Shown here: positions 1 to 12,093 of the stretch, piece by piece
Layout of the letters: each line of letters starts with the position of its first letter
Numbering within the stretch: the first letter of the stretch is position 1
Assembly (NCBI GenBank): GCA_964188305.1
Contig: OZ076890.1
From: Podarcis bocagei
Taxonomy: Eukaryota
DNA length: 64,000 bases
Direction: 5' to 3' (one strand)
Translations under genes and position numbers: made by a program
The notes under the pieces: model-generated
What the model was told of the DNA's origin: nothing
What the model saw: the letters and a program-made list of their open reading frames with translations, nothing else
The model's database searches: none

Positions 1-342
1 CATAGCCATTGTGAGCCTGATTCTGCCAGAACTTGCCTCATCCCCTTCACAGCTGGGAGTCTGCAGCACTGAGGTTCCTTCTTGGGCTGTAAAGATCGCA
101 TGAGAAATCCCAGCCCCTATGGGACAAGGCTGTGCTGCCCCTCATCCCTCTCCAGTATAGGGTAACTTATCGTTTCAGTGAGGAAGGGATTTTAAATATA
201 CTGTAATCAGGACAGAGGCCTTGGATACAACATGCATCTCAGGTGTCGGGAACCTTTCACCCTCCAGATGTTGCCATACTGCAACTCCCACCAGCCCTAG
301 CAAGCATGGCCAATGTCCAGGGGTTGGGAGTTGTAGTTCAGA

Positions 343-443
343 GAATCATAGAATTGTAGAGTAGGAAGGGACCACAGGGTCATCTAGTCCAACCCCCTGC
401 AATGCAGGCATCTTTTGCCCAATGCGGGGCTCGAACCCACAAC
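343..443 (-). mobile_element. Short tRNA-derived SINE with CR1-like 3' tail (Squam3-like), 5'-truncated
   Basis: Reverse strand reads GTGGGTTCGAGCCCCGCATTGGGC (tRNA-Lys-like B-box end), then GGGGGTTGGACTAGATGACC...CCCTTCC-ACTCTACAATTCTATGATTC. It abuts a palindromic MITE fragment at ~240-341. Confidence 0.7.
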
Positions 444-1108
444 GACATGAATATGAGATTCATTTTTTCATCATGGTTCCTTCCTTCCGCCTCTCAGCCT
501 TTCCTCTTCATAACAAGGGCGCTCACAGTATTATATCATAGATCAACACTTAATCTCCTCTTGAAAGTATTTGTATTTGTCGCCTGCAACACAAACTTTA
601 TTTTATGACTTCTTATTATTGTCTTAAGTGGTTTATTATGTATGAATATACATAATGCAGTAGTTTATTGCCCAAATAGCAGCTCCTGAAGAGCTTCAGA
701 GAGGAGCAGTCCAATTAGCCCAATTATTATACTTTATTACTATTTGCATTGTGTGATAAAAACATAATGAAACTAGAAAGAAAGAAAATTATGGATAGGA
801 TGGTCTGGATTTTTTGTGAGTACGACCCACTGTGGAATAACAGTTTGTATTTCAAGTAGAATACTAGCAAAGGCAAGACTAAGAAGGGAGATAACATGAG
901 TGGCTAAAACTGATTCTCTGATAGCTGACTATATATTACATTAAAGTGTTGCATTGACATACTGCAATGTACAAAACCACAGTGGCTTGGGATCCTGGCT
1001 TGTGAAGAAACTATGGTTTGCTCCCAAACAAGTATACAGTGGTGCTGTTTGGGTAAGAATTTGAGGCAAGTGTTCATGGTCCCACTCAACAGAAAAAGAG
1101 CAGGAAGC

Positions 1109-1128
1109 CACACACACACACACACACA
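1109..1128. repeat. (CA)n microsatellite
   Basis: Direct reading of the sequence. Confidence 0.95.
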
Positions 1129-2234
1129 CCCGCCAACACTCCAAGACAGGCTTACCACATTTTGAAGTAAGTGAAGTTATATGTATCATCATCTCAAGGG
1201 AGAATGGGAGCAGAGAACCATTTCTGGCTCAGAGTCTGTTGTCCCCCAAAGTGCACCACAGTAAATATCCTACCATTGCATACAGGGGAAAAGATGGCTG
1301 AAACAGGCAAGCTAGCCACAATGGCTGTGCTCTGCCTCCACAGTTGTTAACTCCGCAGTGAGTTAAGACCTTTCTCTACTGCCTGGTGGACGGTGCCCAT
1401 AGTAAATGCTGGGAGGGTGCAGTGGTTATCTCAGACTAGGGGTGGATCTACACACAGGGGGAGTGGGGAAACGCTATAAATAAGTCAAAACACTATGTAA
1501 AAATCGCATCGGAAATTATTTGCTCTCTAGCGCCTTCTGGTGTTGCATGTTTATAACGCATTCAAAACATTGTTTTTTTAACTAATGTATGGTTTAGTCA
1601 AGCAAGCTGCTTCTCTAAACCCTCAAAGCATTTAGCAGCTCACTCTCCTTCTGTCTTTCTGTGATGGAGAGATATGTGCAGGGGATGGAGGTGGCGGGGA
1701 AACTCTCCTTGCTATTGATAAAGAGGGGTGGGGGAGGTCCAGAGACTTTTGCCATTGCCCTGTTAATAATTACTGCAGCAGAGCTGGACACGCTGAGCTC
1801 TCTGACCTGTGTCTGCAGCCCTTGGAGGGTTTATTGCAGTCAGCACAGCCTTGGGTGGTGTTTGGATTGTGTGCTGAAAGGCAGTCAAATGGGCTGTTGT
1901 CCAGAAGTTCTGCAATATGCTCAGCCTGCTTCCTTGGAGCTCTTAGGAATAAGCCCTAGCTCAAGCCAAGCTTTTATCTACACCAGGAAGTTGGAAAGGT
2001 TGACAAGGGACAAGGAGGAACCTTGTGAGTTATCCTGTTGTAAAATGATGCCAGGGGTGCTCTGAGGACAGAGGTGGGCTAACCAGCCTAAAGAACAGGG
2101 CAAGGGGTTTCAGGTTCAATCGCTGGCATCTCTAAGCTAGGGCAAGAGGGGGCAGAACCCTGGAGAGCTATTGCCATTCAATGTAGGCAGTATATAGCTA
2201 CAGGTATATGGACTATACAGTCCTTGTAATAATA

Positions 2235-2540
2235 AAAAAATAATGGTAATGTATAGAAGTCCTGGGCTGCCCTTATGACAAGACCCCCATATTGGCCTTG
2301 CTGATGTGGTGCAAAGGAAAGCAGAGCAATATGTTTGGCACCATCTTGGCTGCAGGAGTTGCCAGAAGGAGGCACATGACACCATCCAACCGTCTTTGGG
2401 ATTCCACTCTGGATTTGTGTAGGGCTTACTCTGTAGCCTTTTCTTCTCCCAAAGCTGTCCTGCAACGCAATGGAAGTTTGGAATCAGAGTTTTCCATCTC
2501 CTAGATGTGCTACCTTCCCAGCTTGATGAACCCCATCTGC
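2235..2540 (-). mobile_element. RTE-clade LINE-derived non-autonomous repeat (5'-region fragment)
   Basis: Clear similarity to the second copy at ~42615-42940 (CTGATGTGGTxCAAAGxxAAGCAxAGCAATxxGTTTGGCACCAxCTTGGCTGCAGGAGTTGC). The RTE assignment is from recalled similarity to vertebrate RTE 5' regions. Confidence 0.55.
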
Positions 2541-2626
2541 TTCTCATTTTCCTCTACAGCAGGTGCAGAAACCACCTTCTTGACTGTTGGAGCCACTATC
2601 GGTCTCATCCACTCAATCCTCTAGAG

Positions 2627-2765
2627 CAGTGTTTCTCAACCTGTGGGTCCCCAGATGTTGTTGGACTACAACTCCCATCGTTCCTAGCCAGCATGACCAG
2701 TGGTCAGGGATGATGGGAGTTGTAGTCCAACAAACATCTGGGGACCCACAGGTTGAGAACCACTG
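2627..2765. mobile_element. Palindromic hAT (Charlie/Buster-like) MITE, 139 bp
   Basis: Near-perfect ~55-bp inverted arms CAGTGTTTCTCAACCTGTGGGTCCCCAGATG.../...CATCTGGGGACCCACAGGTTGAGAACCACTG; exact 8-bp TSD CTCTAGAG (2619-2626, 2766-2773). Diverged relatives at ~240-341, 17537-17674, 31609-31741, 43072-43183, 47198-47335, 62906-63040 and 63299-63433. Confidence 0.92.
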
Positions 2766-3154
2766 CTCTAGAGCCTGTCTTTGCATGCAGAGGAAGTCCC
2801 TAACTCATGGAGGGTTTGAGACCCATCGGTTACTCTCACCTGGTTTAGCTGACCAGTCAAAGCTATCCCCTAGGTGTGGCCGCTTTCACCTGCTGACAGC
2901 TTCTAGGAGCCACAGGTGAGAGCTCAGTGCAGGGTGAGGACCAAAGGTGGACAAAATATCCCAGGAGGAGCACAATGTGTTCCCCACCAGAGGTACTACC
3001 CCTCCCCATTCACTCCAATCCATGTCTATTCCTACATTTAATATAGGCAGGCAAAAGACAGGAGAGGAAGGAAGGGCAAGAGTGGCATTGTTTTGCCGAG
3101 GATGAAAGTATGCAGAGGAAGGCACATTGGGATTTAAAATACAGAATTCGTAGG

Positions 3155-3385
3155 GACATAAGAGTATAAGATGAGCCTGCCTGGTCAGGACAACGGTCCA
3201 TCTAGTCCAACATTCTTGATCTCACAATGGCTAACAAGAAGCCTGTTGGAAACCTGCAAACAGGACATGAGCACAACAGTGCTCTGCGCACCTGCAGATA
3301 TCAGCAATTAATATTCAGAGGCATGATGCGCCTGACAGGGGAGGTAGAACATAGCCATTGCAGCTAGGTGCCATTGACAAAGGGA
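3155..3385 (-). mobile_element. CR1-type LINE 3' fragment (old)
   Basis: ACATAAGAxxATAAGAxGAGCCTGCxTGGxCAGGxCAAxGGTCCATCTAGTCCA motif, shared with the copies at ~32440-32720 and ~49015-49760. Confidence 0.65.
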
Positions 3386-4785
3386 CGGCACCACCAAAAA
3401 TATCGGATAAGGAGGAAGATGGCAACCTTGAAGGAGACAACAAGAGCCTTGGAATGGAGAGATTGGCCCATTAATGGGGTCTAGGCAAAATCGAAAGGAG
3501 GGCTGGTTTCCACCCAGGGTTCCTTCCCAATAATGATTCTCTCTCAGGTATGCCTCACACATTAAAAGAGGTGACCAATACATTTTAGCAGTGACCATAT
3601 TGCCTTGTAAGTCATTAGACTGTGGCAGAATGCACCTCCTGCCCATCATTCTGGGTTAGAGCTACAGGGCATCGCTTGGAAAGGTGGATGGATTAGGGTG
3701 GCGACTTCTGCATCGGTCAAAAGAAGGCAGAGATTTACATGAAATCTGCTGTTTGTTCATTTATATCCACAGATGTGAATTCAGTGGGGAAATCACTATA
3801 GCTTAAACAGAAATACAAGGCACCTCCCCATAGCGGGGACAACTGTGAGCCAATAGCAAGCACTGTGTACCTGCTTATGTGGTCACTACTGATGGGCAAC
3901 GTCAAGGCCCCTATTCTCCTTTAAGCCAGCCTTGGACTGGACTACATTTCCCAGAGAGGGCTGTTTTCTCTTCTCTGCAAAGCAAGGATGGATGCTGATC
4001 AGGTGGATGCATTCCAACCCGAGCAGGTAATCACAGAGCTGGTGAAAATTCTATGCTCAAAGATTTTATGGCAGGGGTGAAGTTGGTGGGGTTATGTTTG
4101 CTGTTTAAACAGAGGAACCTTGGAGTGATAGAAAGGTCCTTTTCTGAGAAGCTGCTGACTCCAGAGTCTTGCCTCCTTATCAGCCCTGTTTATGACGGGT
4201 TTTGTAAATGTTTTATGAGCTGCCAATGACTGCGTGGGGAGAGGGGGTGCTGGGAAAAGGGCGGTGGCTGCTCTTTTTGACTTTCTTTGCACTGTTGACA
4301 AAGGATCAAAGGGCAGATGGTCACCTTGATAAAATGGAGGGGAATGGGGCAGAAGACTCCCAATGTGCCTTTCTGCCCATTTGCAGTGCTGGGGGGGAAT
4401 ATTCACTATGATCATGTCATAAAAGCAAAGCATTGAGACTTTCATCTAGTTGTATTGAATATATTTATTAAGGTTGGTGTAACTGTTCAACGCAATAATT
4501 CTAATGGTTGCAAACTGCTTTGAGGTTGTTGGGTTGTTGTTTTTTTACAGTCAAGAAGTTATGTACATTTTATGAAATAAATCATTATTTTTATGGATTG
4601 CCTTGTTTTATGGATTGATCTTGTTGTCAACCTCACTGTGGTTTGCGCAAAGAGCTGCATATAAGCATCTAAAGAAAGAACGATGTGATTAATATTATTT
4701 AAACAGCACATTTTCAAAAGGCTTCGACCACATTATCTCTTTGTAATCTGTACAACAACCTGAGCCAATCTTATTATTATCTCCT

Positions 4786-5339
4786 GGTATGCCCCGCAGA
4801 GGACCTTAAGGTCCATGAATTATCATAGTTTAGAGGTCCTAGGCCCTAAGGAAGTAAGATTATCCTCCACCAGGGCCAGGGCCTTCTCAGTGATGGCTCC
4901 AACCTGGTGGAATGCTCTGTCCCATGAGACCAGGGCCCTGCAGGATTTAGCTTCCTTCCGCAGGGCCTGTAAGACAGAGCTATTCCGCCTGGCTTTCAAT
5001 TTGAACTTAGCCTGATCTTTTTTTCCCCTTCCTTCCCTCCCCCTCCCCTTTTTATGAAGATTACCTGCTCTGGGATCCCACAACTACCATAATTCTCCCC
5101 CCCCCCCGGTCTTCTCACTGACTCAAATAGGACTAATTTAGCCTTCTAGCCCTGGTGATCATCTAATGTTTATTGGATGAATTTCCCCCCTAAATTGATT
5201 TTTGAATTCTGAATTTATTGTTATTCATGCTTTATACTGTATTTTATGCTGTTTTTTGTTGCATCAATTAAGTGTTTTAAATTTGTTGTTAGCCGCCCTG
5301 AGCCCAGTTTCTGAACTGGGAAGGGCGGGGTATAAATAA

Positions 5340-5388
<49 letters not shown>
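4786..5388 (+). mobile_element. L2/CR1-group LINE 3' fragment with (ATT)n tail
   Basis: Translates to ...TRARAFSVMAPTWWNALSHETRALQDLASFRRACKTELFRLAF* (typical L2-clade ORF2 C-terminus). 3' end GCCGCCCTGAG...GGGCGGGGTATAAATAAA is followed by (ATT)n at 5340-5388. Confidence 0.85.
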
Positions 5389-5389
<1 letters not shown>

Positions 5390-6108
5390 GGGGTTGGAGT
5401 ACAGGCAGAGAGAGATCGCAGTTTGGCCAGAAGCCAAATCATGGTTTGAATAGAAGTCATCCCAGTGTGGGGAATGAAGGGTGCATAGTTCCCACCTGTG
5501 CGAGGGGAGCCAGGCTGGGTCACACTGGGGGTGCCAGCATGGGGGGCCCTGCTTCACGTCCCCTCAAAAATCCCTGCCCGGGGCAACAGCCCCTCTGAAA
5601 CCCCCATGCTATGCCCCAGCTCTAAACAGAGGATTGCCCTAAGGCAACTGACTTTTATCCATATCTACTCAGAAGTAATCCCACTTAGACCCATGGAGCC
5701 TACTGTCAGATGTCAGTCGCAGCAGCCAAGAGGAGCCAACCCAGGCCCTATTCGGTCAGTGTTTGGGTGCTCAGCACACCAGCCCAGCCCTCATTTCCTT
5801 TGGATTCAGTTTCTAAGCATGTGCCATTCAAACTGCACCATTCCGTTCTCGGTGCTCCACGGGAGAATAAGATTTTTATAGGGCAGTAAAGATGCCATGA
5901 AATGCACAGGCTGCCACTTAAACCTCTCAGTTATCAGTGCTGCTGTTATTTGATGCTTGAGACTGGGAAGTCAACAATAAAACTCAAGGAGATCCTGTAA
6001 AAAGTTATATGCAACCAGTGAATATATCAGAGGCTTCCAGATGGGGAATTGATATCACAAGCAAATCATTCAGCAAGTGCAAATTGGTTGTTGGCAACAG
6101 GCTCTACT

Positions 6109-6839
6109 TTACAGCATTGGACTTTCCTTTTGCTTCCAGGCATATCCGCAACTGAGCTACCTTTCGGCTTTGGCCCAGCCGCTTCATCAGCTCTGAATCT
6201 ACTTGTACTTGTCCTCCGCTCTTCCTCAGTAGCATGTTGGACGCCTTCCGACCTGAGGAGCTCATCTTCCAGCGTCATAACTTTTATATGCCTGTTGTCT
6301 TTGTCCATGGAGTTTTCTTGGCAGGGATACTGGAGTGGCTTGCCGGTTCCTGCTCAGAGACATTACCTTGTCAACAAAGGCCCGTATAGTTAAAGCTATG
6401 GTTTTCCCAGTAGTGATGTATGGAAGTGAGAGCTGGACCCTAAAGAAGGCTGATCGCCGAAGAATTGATGCTTTTGAATTATGGTGCTGGAGGAGACTCT
6501 TGAGAGTCCCATGGACTTCAAGAAGATCAAACCTCTCCATTCTGAAGGAAATCAGCCCTGAGTGCTCACTGGAAGGACAGATCCTGAAGCTGAGGCTCCA
6601 ATACTTTGGCCACCTCATGAGAAGAGAAGACTCCCTGGAAAAGACCCTGATGCTGGGAAAGATGGAGGGCACAAGGAGAAGGGGACGACGGAGGACGAGA
6701 TGGTTGGATAGTGTCTTCGAAGCTACAAACATGAGTCTGACCAAACTGCGGGAGGCAGTGGAAGACAGGAGTGCCTGGCGTGCTCTGGTCCATGGGGACA
6801 CGAAGAGTCGGACACAACTAAACGACTAAACAACAACAA
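6109..6839 (+). mobile_element. BovB (RTE clade) LINE insertion: inverted 5' fragment (6109-~6355) fused to sense 3' end (~6355-6839)
   Basis: Sense part encodes RDITLSTKARIVKAMVFPVVMYGSESWT...LKLRLQYFGHLMRR...LEKTLMLGK and ends in (CAA)n. Antisense part encodes DELLRSEGVQHATEEE...KVQCCK (BovB pre-endonuclease region). A 14-bp TSD CAACAGGCTCTACT flanks the whole insertion (6095-6108, 6840-6853). Confidence 0.92.
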
Positions 6840-8845
6840 CAACAGGCTCTACTGTATTTCAGTAGCAAACTGAGCCTGCCCCCACCTGTCTTAAAAGTAG
6901 TCCAGGGGGTGAATCAGCCTGTCTGGCTCCACCTAGTGTTGGCCTCCTGGCCTTCTGCCCTACTGCTCACCACTGGTTTATTAACTTACAGGATTTTCTA
7001 TGAAAAAATAAACAGAGCAACACAGAATGCTCTCTTATACCAAGTGAGACCAGCTCTCCAGAGTCTCCAAAGACTCAGGCAAAATTAGTCCTTTCCCAGC
7101 CCTATCTGCAGATGCTAAGGATTTAACATGGAACCCTTTGCATACAAAGCACATTCTCTCCCATGGAGTCAACACTGTACTGAACAGCCTTCTGTTAATG
7201 TGGGGTATGTGTGAGTGTACCCTGATGTAGGGATGGGTGAATGTCCATTTCGGTTTCTCTCCATTCCCCCCCCCCATTTTCCCTCTCTTAAGTTCACTTC
7301 TTTACATTTTCACATCAGTTTGCCATCCCCCCCCAAGAATATTTCCTCATGTAAATCAATAAGCATTTTAGTGTGAATATCTAATATACCTGATCGCATG
7401 CAGTCTTGCCAAATATTTTTGCGGACAAATTCTCCCTAATATAATGATGCATTTCCGCATGTCATTTTCAGTAACATGTGTTTTTGTGGACAATTTGCCC
7501 CCCGTATATTATGCCTTTTCGTACCCATGACTTGGCTGAGCAGGTGCACTGTAGAATTTGGAGAAATGCAAATTTCGGAGGATGGTCTGTGCTTTTGGTC
7601 CGCATATTGTTTTGGAATGAGCAAAATTTGTAGGTTTGCATTTGAATGCAAACTGAATTGAGTTTCTCCCCCATCCGTACCCAGAACCTGAGTATAGTCA
7701 GTCAGAAGCAAAGGCTTTGCCTGACATCTTTCCCTGACTCCTTCTCTCAGCCAAAGGTCTCCCTGCTTAAGGTGCAAGAGTCACCTGCTGAAAGACAGCT
7801 GAGTGCACTGGGAAAGACAAATCTCACAGAATGCAGTTATACCACAGCTTTCCTGTTATATCTGAAGGTGTGGCACATTTTATGCAAACAGGAAGCATGC
7901 ACCTTAGCGAACTGCAGATCCTGAAGTGTTTTTCACGTGATCATCTGCATGCACCTCCCCATTAAATGTTATATGGGCTGACTTGCATTGTTTCCGCTCC
8001 CTCTCAAATCCACCCACCCCAGTGTACCTTCTGTTCTGCCTGATAACAGAACGGAGAAACCAAGAGAGAGATCAGCTGCGACCTGGGTGAGGAAGCCATC
8101 TGGCTGCTACAGCAACGATTTCCAAGGTCACGGTCATTTCCTGTAAAACCTGCTGTGGCCCAGAGACTTAGGCACAGCAAGAACATCCATTTCTCTCCAC
8201 ATTCCTTATTTTTGCATCCAAAGATAGGCTCATAAAAAAGGCACAGAAACACACTTAAAATAAAATTTAAAAAATCAAACTGAAGACACAAGTAAGGATG
8301 CTGTTCTGCATTGCTCTAGCAGTGTAGCTAAAAAAAGGCTGCAGTCCTAACCCCATTTACCTAGGAGTAAGCCCCACTTGAATTCAATTGGGCTTACTTC
8401 TGAGTAGACCATGGTTAGGATTGCACTGGAAGCTAACTGAAGCATAATGCACCGGCCCTGTCTCTTCCCACACCACCCCCTGGGAAAATTTAGGAGGATT
8501 GTCCAACATAAAGCTTTCTGACCTCTAAAAGCATCTAGGGGTCATGGGCCCCCAAACGGAGTGACACGCCTAGGCTATCATTATGGTCACACATGTTAGA
8601 TGTGCCAGAGGACATAGGTTGTGTCCTCTACCTGTAAGGTGATACTATAATCCTCCTCTTTGTTGATAAGAGGGATTTTATTTTTTTTAAGTAGATGGCT
8701 TTCAGATAACCAAGTTGACTAACTCACTCAAGGTCATCTGTCTTATCACAGCTTTGGTCACACAGCTTTGCTTGGAATATATTAACTAAACCCAAGTCTG
8801 CTAGGTCTGTGTTCTTTCCACAGCATGTTTCAAGATATACCCTTA

Positions 8846-9087
8846 CAGTGGTACCTCGGGTTACAGACGCTTCAGGTTACAGACGCTTCAGGTTACAGAC
8901 TCCACTAACCCAGAAATAGTACCTCGGGTTAAGAACTTTGCTTCAGGATGAGAACAGAAATCGTGCTCCGGCGGCGCAGCGGCAGCGGGAGGCCCTATTA
9001 GCTAAAGTGGTGCTTCAGGTGAAGACCAGTTTCAGGTTAAGAACAGACCTCCAGAATGAATTAAGTTCTTAACCCGAGGTACCACTG
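8846..9087. mobile_element. Tc1/mariner (pogo/Tigger-like) MITE
   Basis: TIRs CAGTGGTACCTCGGGTT / AACCCGAGGTACCACTG with TA on both sides; sister copies at 31784 and 40649. Confidence 0.92.
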
Positions 9088-9310
9088 TATTTTAAACGAT
9101 CATGCAAACAATTCAAGTGTGATGGTACCATTCTCTCACAGGGCTGTTTCAGTCTATTCTAAATAGCCACCTAGCAGGGGTGTTGTCAGAGTGAAGGGGC
9201 AGGGGGTTGGGCTAGATGATCCTTGAGGTCCCTTCCAATCCAGCATTTCTACCATAGAAAGCATATAGAGCAACCTTTGTCAACCGGTGCCTTCCAGATG
9301 TCGTTGGACT

Positions 9311-10313
9311 TCTTCTTCTTTGGTAATGACTCGTAGCCGAGTAAGACTGTCTTCCATGAACATGGTTTTAACAGTGAGTCTGTAAGTGACTGTGGAGGCC
9401 AATTCTGGATCCACACGTCCTTCCACGGTGGGGACATTGGTTTCCAGGTGGGAGTTGATCACAGTATGGATTTGCCAAGCATGCCTTCCTCTTAGCACGT
9501 TTCTCCCTTGCGTCCTGAGTTCGAGTGTCTTCAAAGCCCATGACACCTTTGGTAAAGGCTGTTCTCCAACTGGAGCGCTCGCAGGCCAGTGTTTCCCAGT
9601 TGTCAGTGATTATACTACATTTTTTTAGATTTGCCTTGAGACAGTCTTTAACCTCTTTTGTTGACCACCAGCATTATGCTTTCCAATTTAAAGTTCGGAA
9701 TAGAGTAGTTGTTTTGGAAGACGATCATCAGGCATTCACACAACATGACCAGTCCAACGAAGTTGATGTTGAAGAATCATTGCTTCAACACTGGTGATCT
9801 TTGCTTCTTCCAGTACACTGATATTAGTTCGCCTGTCTTCCCAAGTGATATGTAAAATTTTTCGGAGACACCATTGATAGAATCTTTCGAGGAATTGGAG
9901 ATGGCGCTTATAAGTGGTCCATGTTTCACAAGCATACAGTAAGGTTGGTAGTACAATAGCTTTGTAGACAAGCATTTTGGCTTCCCTGCGAATGTCCTCA
10001 AACACTCTGCACTTAAATCAGGAGAAAATCGCACTCGCAGAGCTCAGGCGATGCTGGATTTCTGCATCAATGTTGGCCCTTGTGGAAAAGTAACTGCGTA
10101 GGTAGGAGAAGTGATCAACATTTTCCAACGTTACACCATTGAGTTGGATTTGTAGTGCTGCAGAGGGGTTATTTTGTACTTGTTGGTGCAGCACTTTGGT
10201 TTTTTGGATGTTGAGTGATAGGCCAAGCTTTTCATAAGCTTCTGCAAAGATATTTAGGATGGTTTGGAGGTCATCCTCTGAGTGTGCGCACACTACGTTG
10301 TCATCAGCATACT
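9311..10313 (-). mobile_element. RTE-clade LINE (non-BovB family), 5'-truncated at the RT catalytic motif, frameshifted
   Basis: Reverse strand encodes YADDNVVCAHSEDDLQ...GLSLNIQKTKV...LENVDHFSYL...YKAIVLPTLLYACETWT...QLRWTGHVV and ends in an (AAG)n tail at 9311. It splits a palindromic MITE, with a degenerate TSD TGTCGTTGGACT/TGTTGTTGGGCT. Confidence 0.9.
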
Positions 10314-10559
10314 GTTCTGTTCTGTTGTTGGGCTACAAGTCCCATCAGCCCCAGCCAGCACAATGGATGGCGCCAAGCTGGCAAAGGTTGATACAGAATC
10401 TTGCATCTCCCTGCCTCCAGAAGGCTGACAGCAGGCTTCAGGGATGGGGTGGTCATGGTTAACCAAACCTGATCTTGTCAGCTCTCATTCCATGGTTCCC
10501 CCATGTACATTCTGCAGTGATTCTTATCTCAAGGACCGCCTCTCCTTACATCAACCAAC

Positions 10560-10745
10560 ATGGACATTGCATTCATCATTTGAGGGCCTCCTTCATGCGT
10601 TCTCTTTGAGGCAACATAAGAGGCCTTTTTAGTGGTGGCTCCGTTTGTGGAATGCAGCTCCCAGGGAAGCATGCCTGGCACCATCACTGTCTGTTTTTAG
10701 GGTCCAGGTAGAAACATTCTTATTTACCCAGGCTTACGGTTTAAC
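10560..10745 (+). mobile_element. L2-group LINE 3' fragment (old)
   Basis: AGGCCTTTTxxGTGGTGGCTCCxTTTGTGGAATGCxCTCCC motif (RAFSVVAPxLWNxLP). Confidence 0.6.
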
Positions 10746-10797
10746 TACATATTAGTGGCCTTTGTTATGCTCATTTTTTCAGAGGGGTGGATAGGTC

Positions 10798-10978
10798 CAG
10801 ACCCTCCAAGTATCCCTATTTTCCAGGGACAGTCTTGGATTTACAGAAGCCGTCCCAGTTTCTGATTTGATCCTGGAATTTCTTGCTTTTCCTTACGACA
10901 CCCCTATTTTTGTTGGAGAAATGTTGGAGGGTATGGTAGGATATCCCTATTTTCATCGTAGAAATGTTGGAGGGTATG
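10798..10978. mobile_element. Non-autonomous DNA transposon (probably hAT) with duplicated right terminus
   Basis: Termini CAGACCCTCCAA / TTGGAGGGTATG; the right-end motif CCCTATTTT...AGAAATGTTGGAGGGTATG occurs twice. Related copies at ~45025-45380 and ~48700-48954. Confidence 0.65.
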
Positions 10979-11727
10979 TAGATCTTGATTCTTTTAAATA
11001 TATAGTTGGGTGAGCCTCATAGTTTTTGTGCTTTGCTGTTTTTTATCTGATTTTTAATGTCTGTATTATTTTAATTTACTGCATATGTCATGCTGGGTGC
11101 AAAAATGTGGCTAATATAGTACCAAAAAAGTATTAGAATGCAGTAAACCCACAACTTACTGGGGGTTCCATTCTGGGAATTATGACTAAAGCCAAAATTG
11201 CGTCTAGTTTCAAAACCCATTGGGTTCAATAACAAGCAGGGTTGCCAAAGTCATTTTTCCCAGAACCCTGCCTCCTTTTTGCCCCCTTTTATGTTTTTTT
11301 GTTTTTTTTTTGCCATGTGCATAAAACTGAATGCGCACAAGTTAAATGCTTGCAAGCTGCAGACTTACTTTACACAAACATCTAAAGATGAAGATTCATT
11401 TCTCTTTTTTTCTGTAACCTCTTTGTTATTATTAAAATTAAATAAACATATTTTGAAGTGGAGGAATAAGATCAGGCTGTTTTAGTTGCATTAAAAATGA
11501 AAGACACACAAGAATGCAATAGCAATATCAGTAACTGGGCCAAGTAGTGGGTATTTTAAAGTTTCCAGGATGTACATTTGTGCAAAGCACACCAGAGCTA
11601 CCGAAAGTCTAGCTCTCACTGCTTGCCTCTCCTGTTCCGCAAGCATATCCCATCTGCCTTATTTCTTTTCTTCCAATGAGGAACTGGAATAATTTATTCC
11701 GTAGCTTTATGCAAATGACTGGATATA

Positions 11728-12093
11728 AAGGTAAAGGTAAAGATACCCCTGCCCGAAGGCCAGTCGTGTCCGACTCTAGGGTTGTGCGCTCATCTCACTC
11801 TAGAGGCCGGGAGCCGTCGCCGTCCGAGGACACTTCCGGGTCACGTGGCCAGTGTGACATCACTGCTCTGGCGAGCCTGCACCAGAGAAGCACACGGAAA
11901 CGCCGTTTACCTTCCCGCTATAAAGCGGTACCTATTTATCTACTTGCACTTAAGGGTGCTTTCGAACTGCTAGGTGGGCAGGAGCTGGGACCAAACGACG
12001 GGAGCTCACCCCACCGCGGGGATTCGAACCGCCGACCATACGATCGGCAAGTCCTAGGCACTGTGGCTTTACCCACAGCGCCACCCGCGTCCC
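11728..12093 (-). mobile_element. Sauria SINE, full length
   Basis: Reverse strand begins GGGACGCGGGTGGCGCTGTGGG, contains B-box GGTTCGAATCC and ends in (ACCTTT)n; 13-bp TSD ATGACTGGATATA (11715-11727, 12097-12109). Confidence 0.93.
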
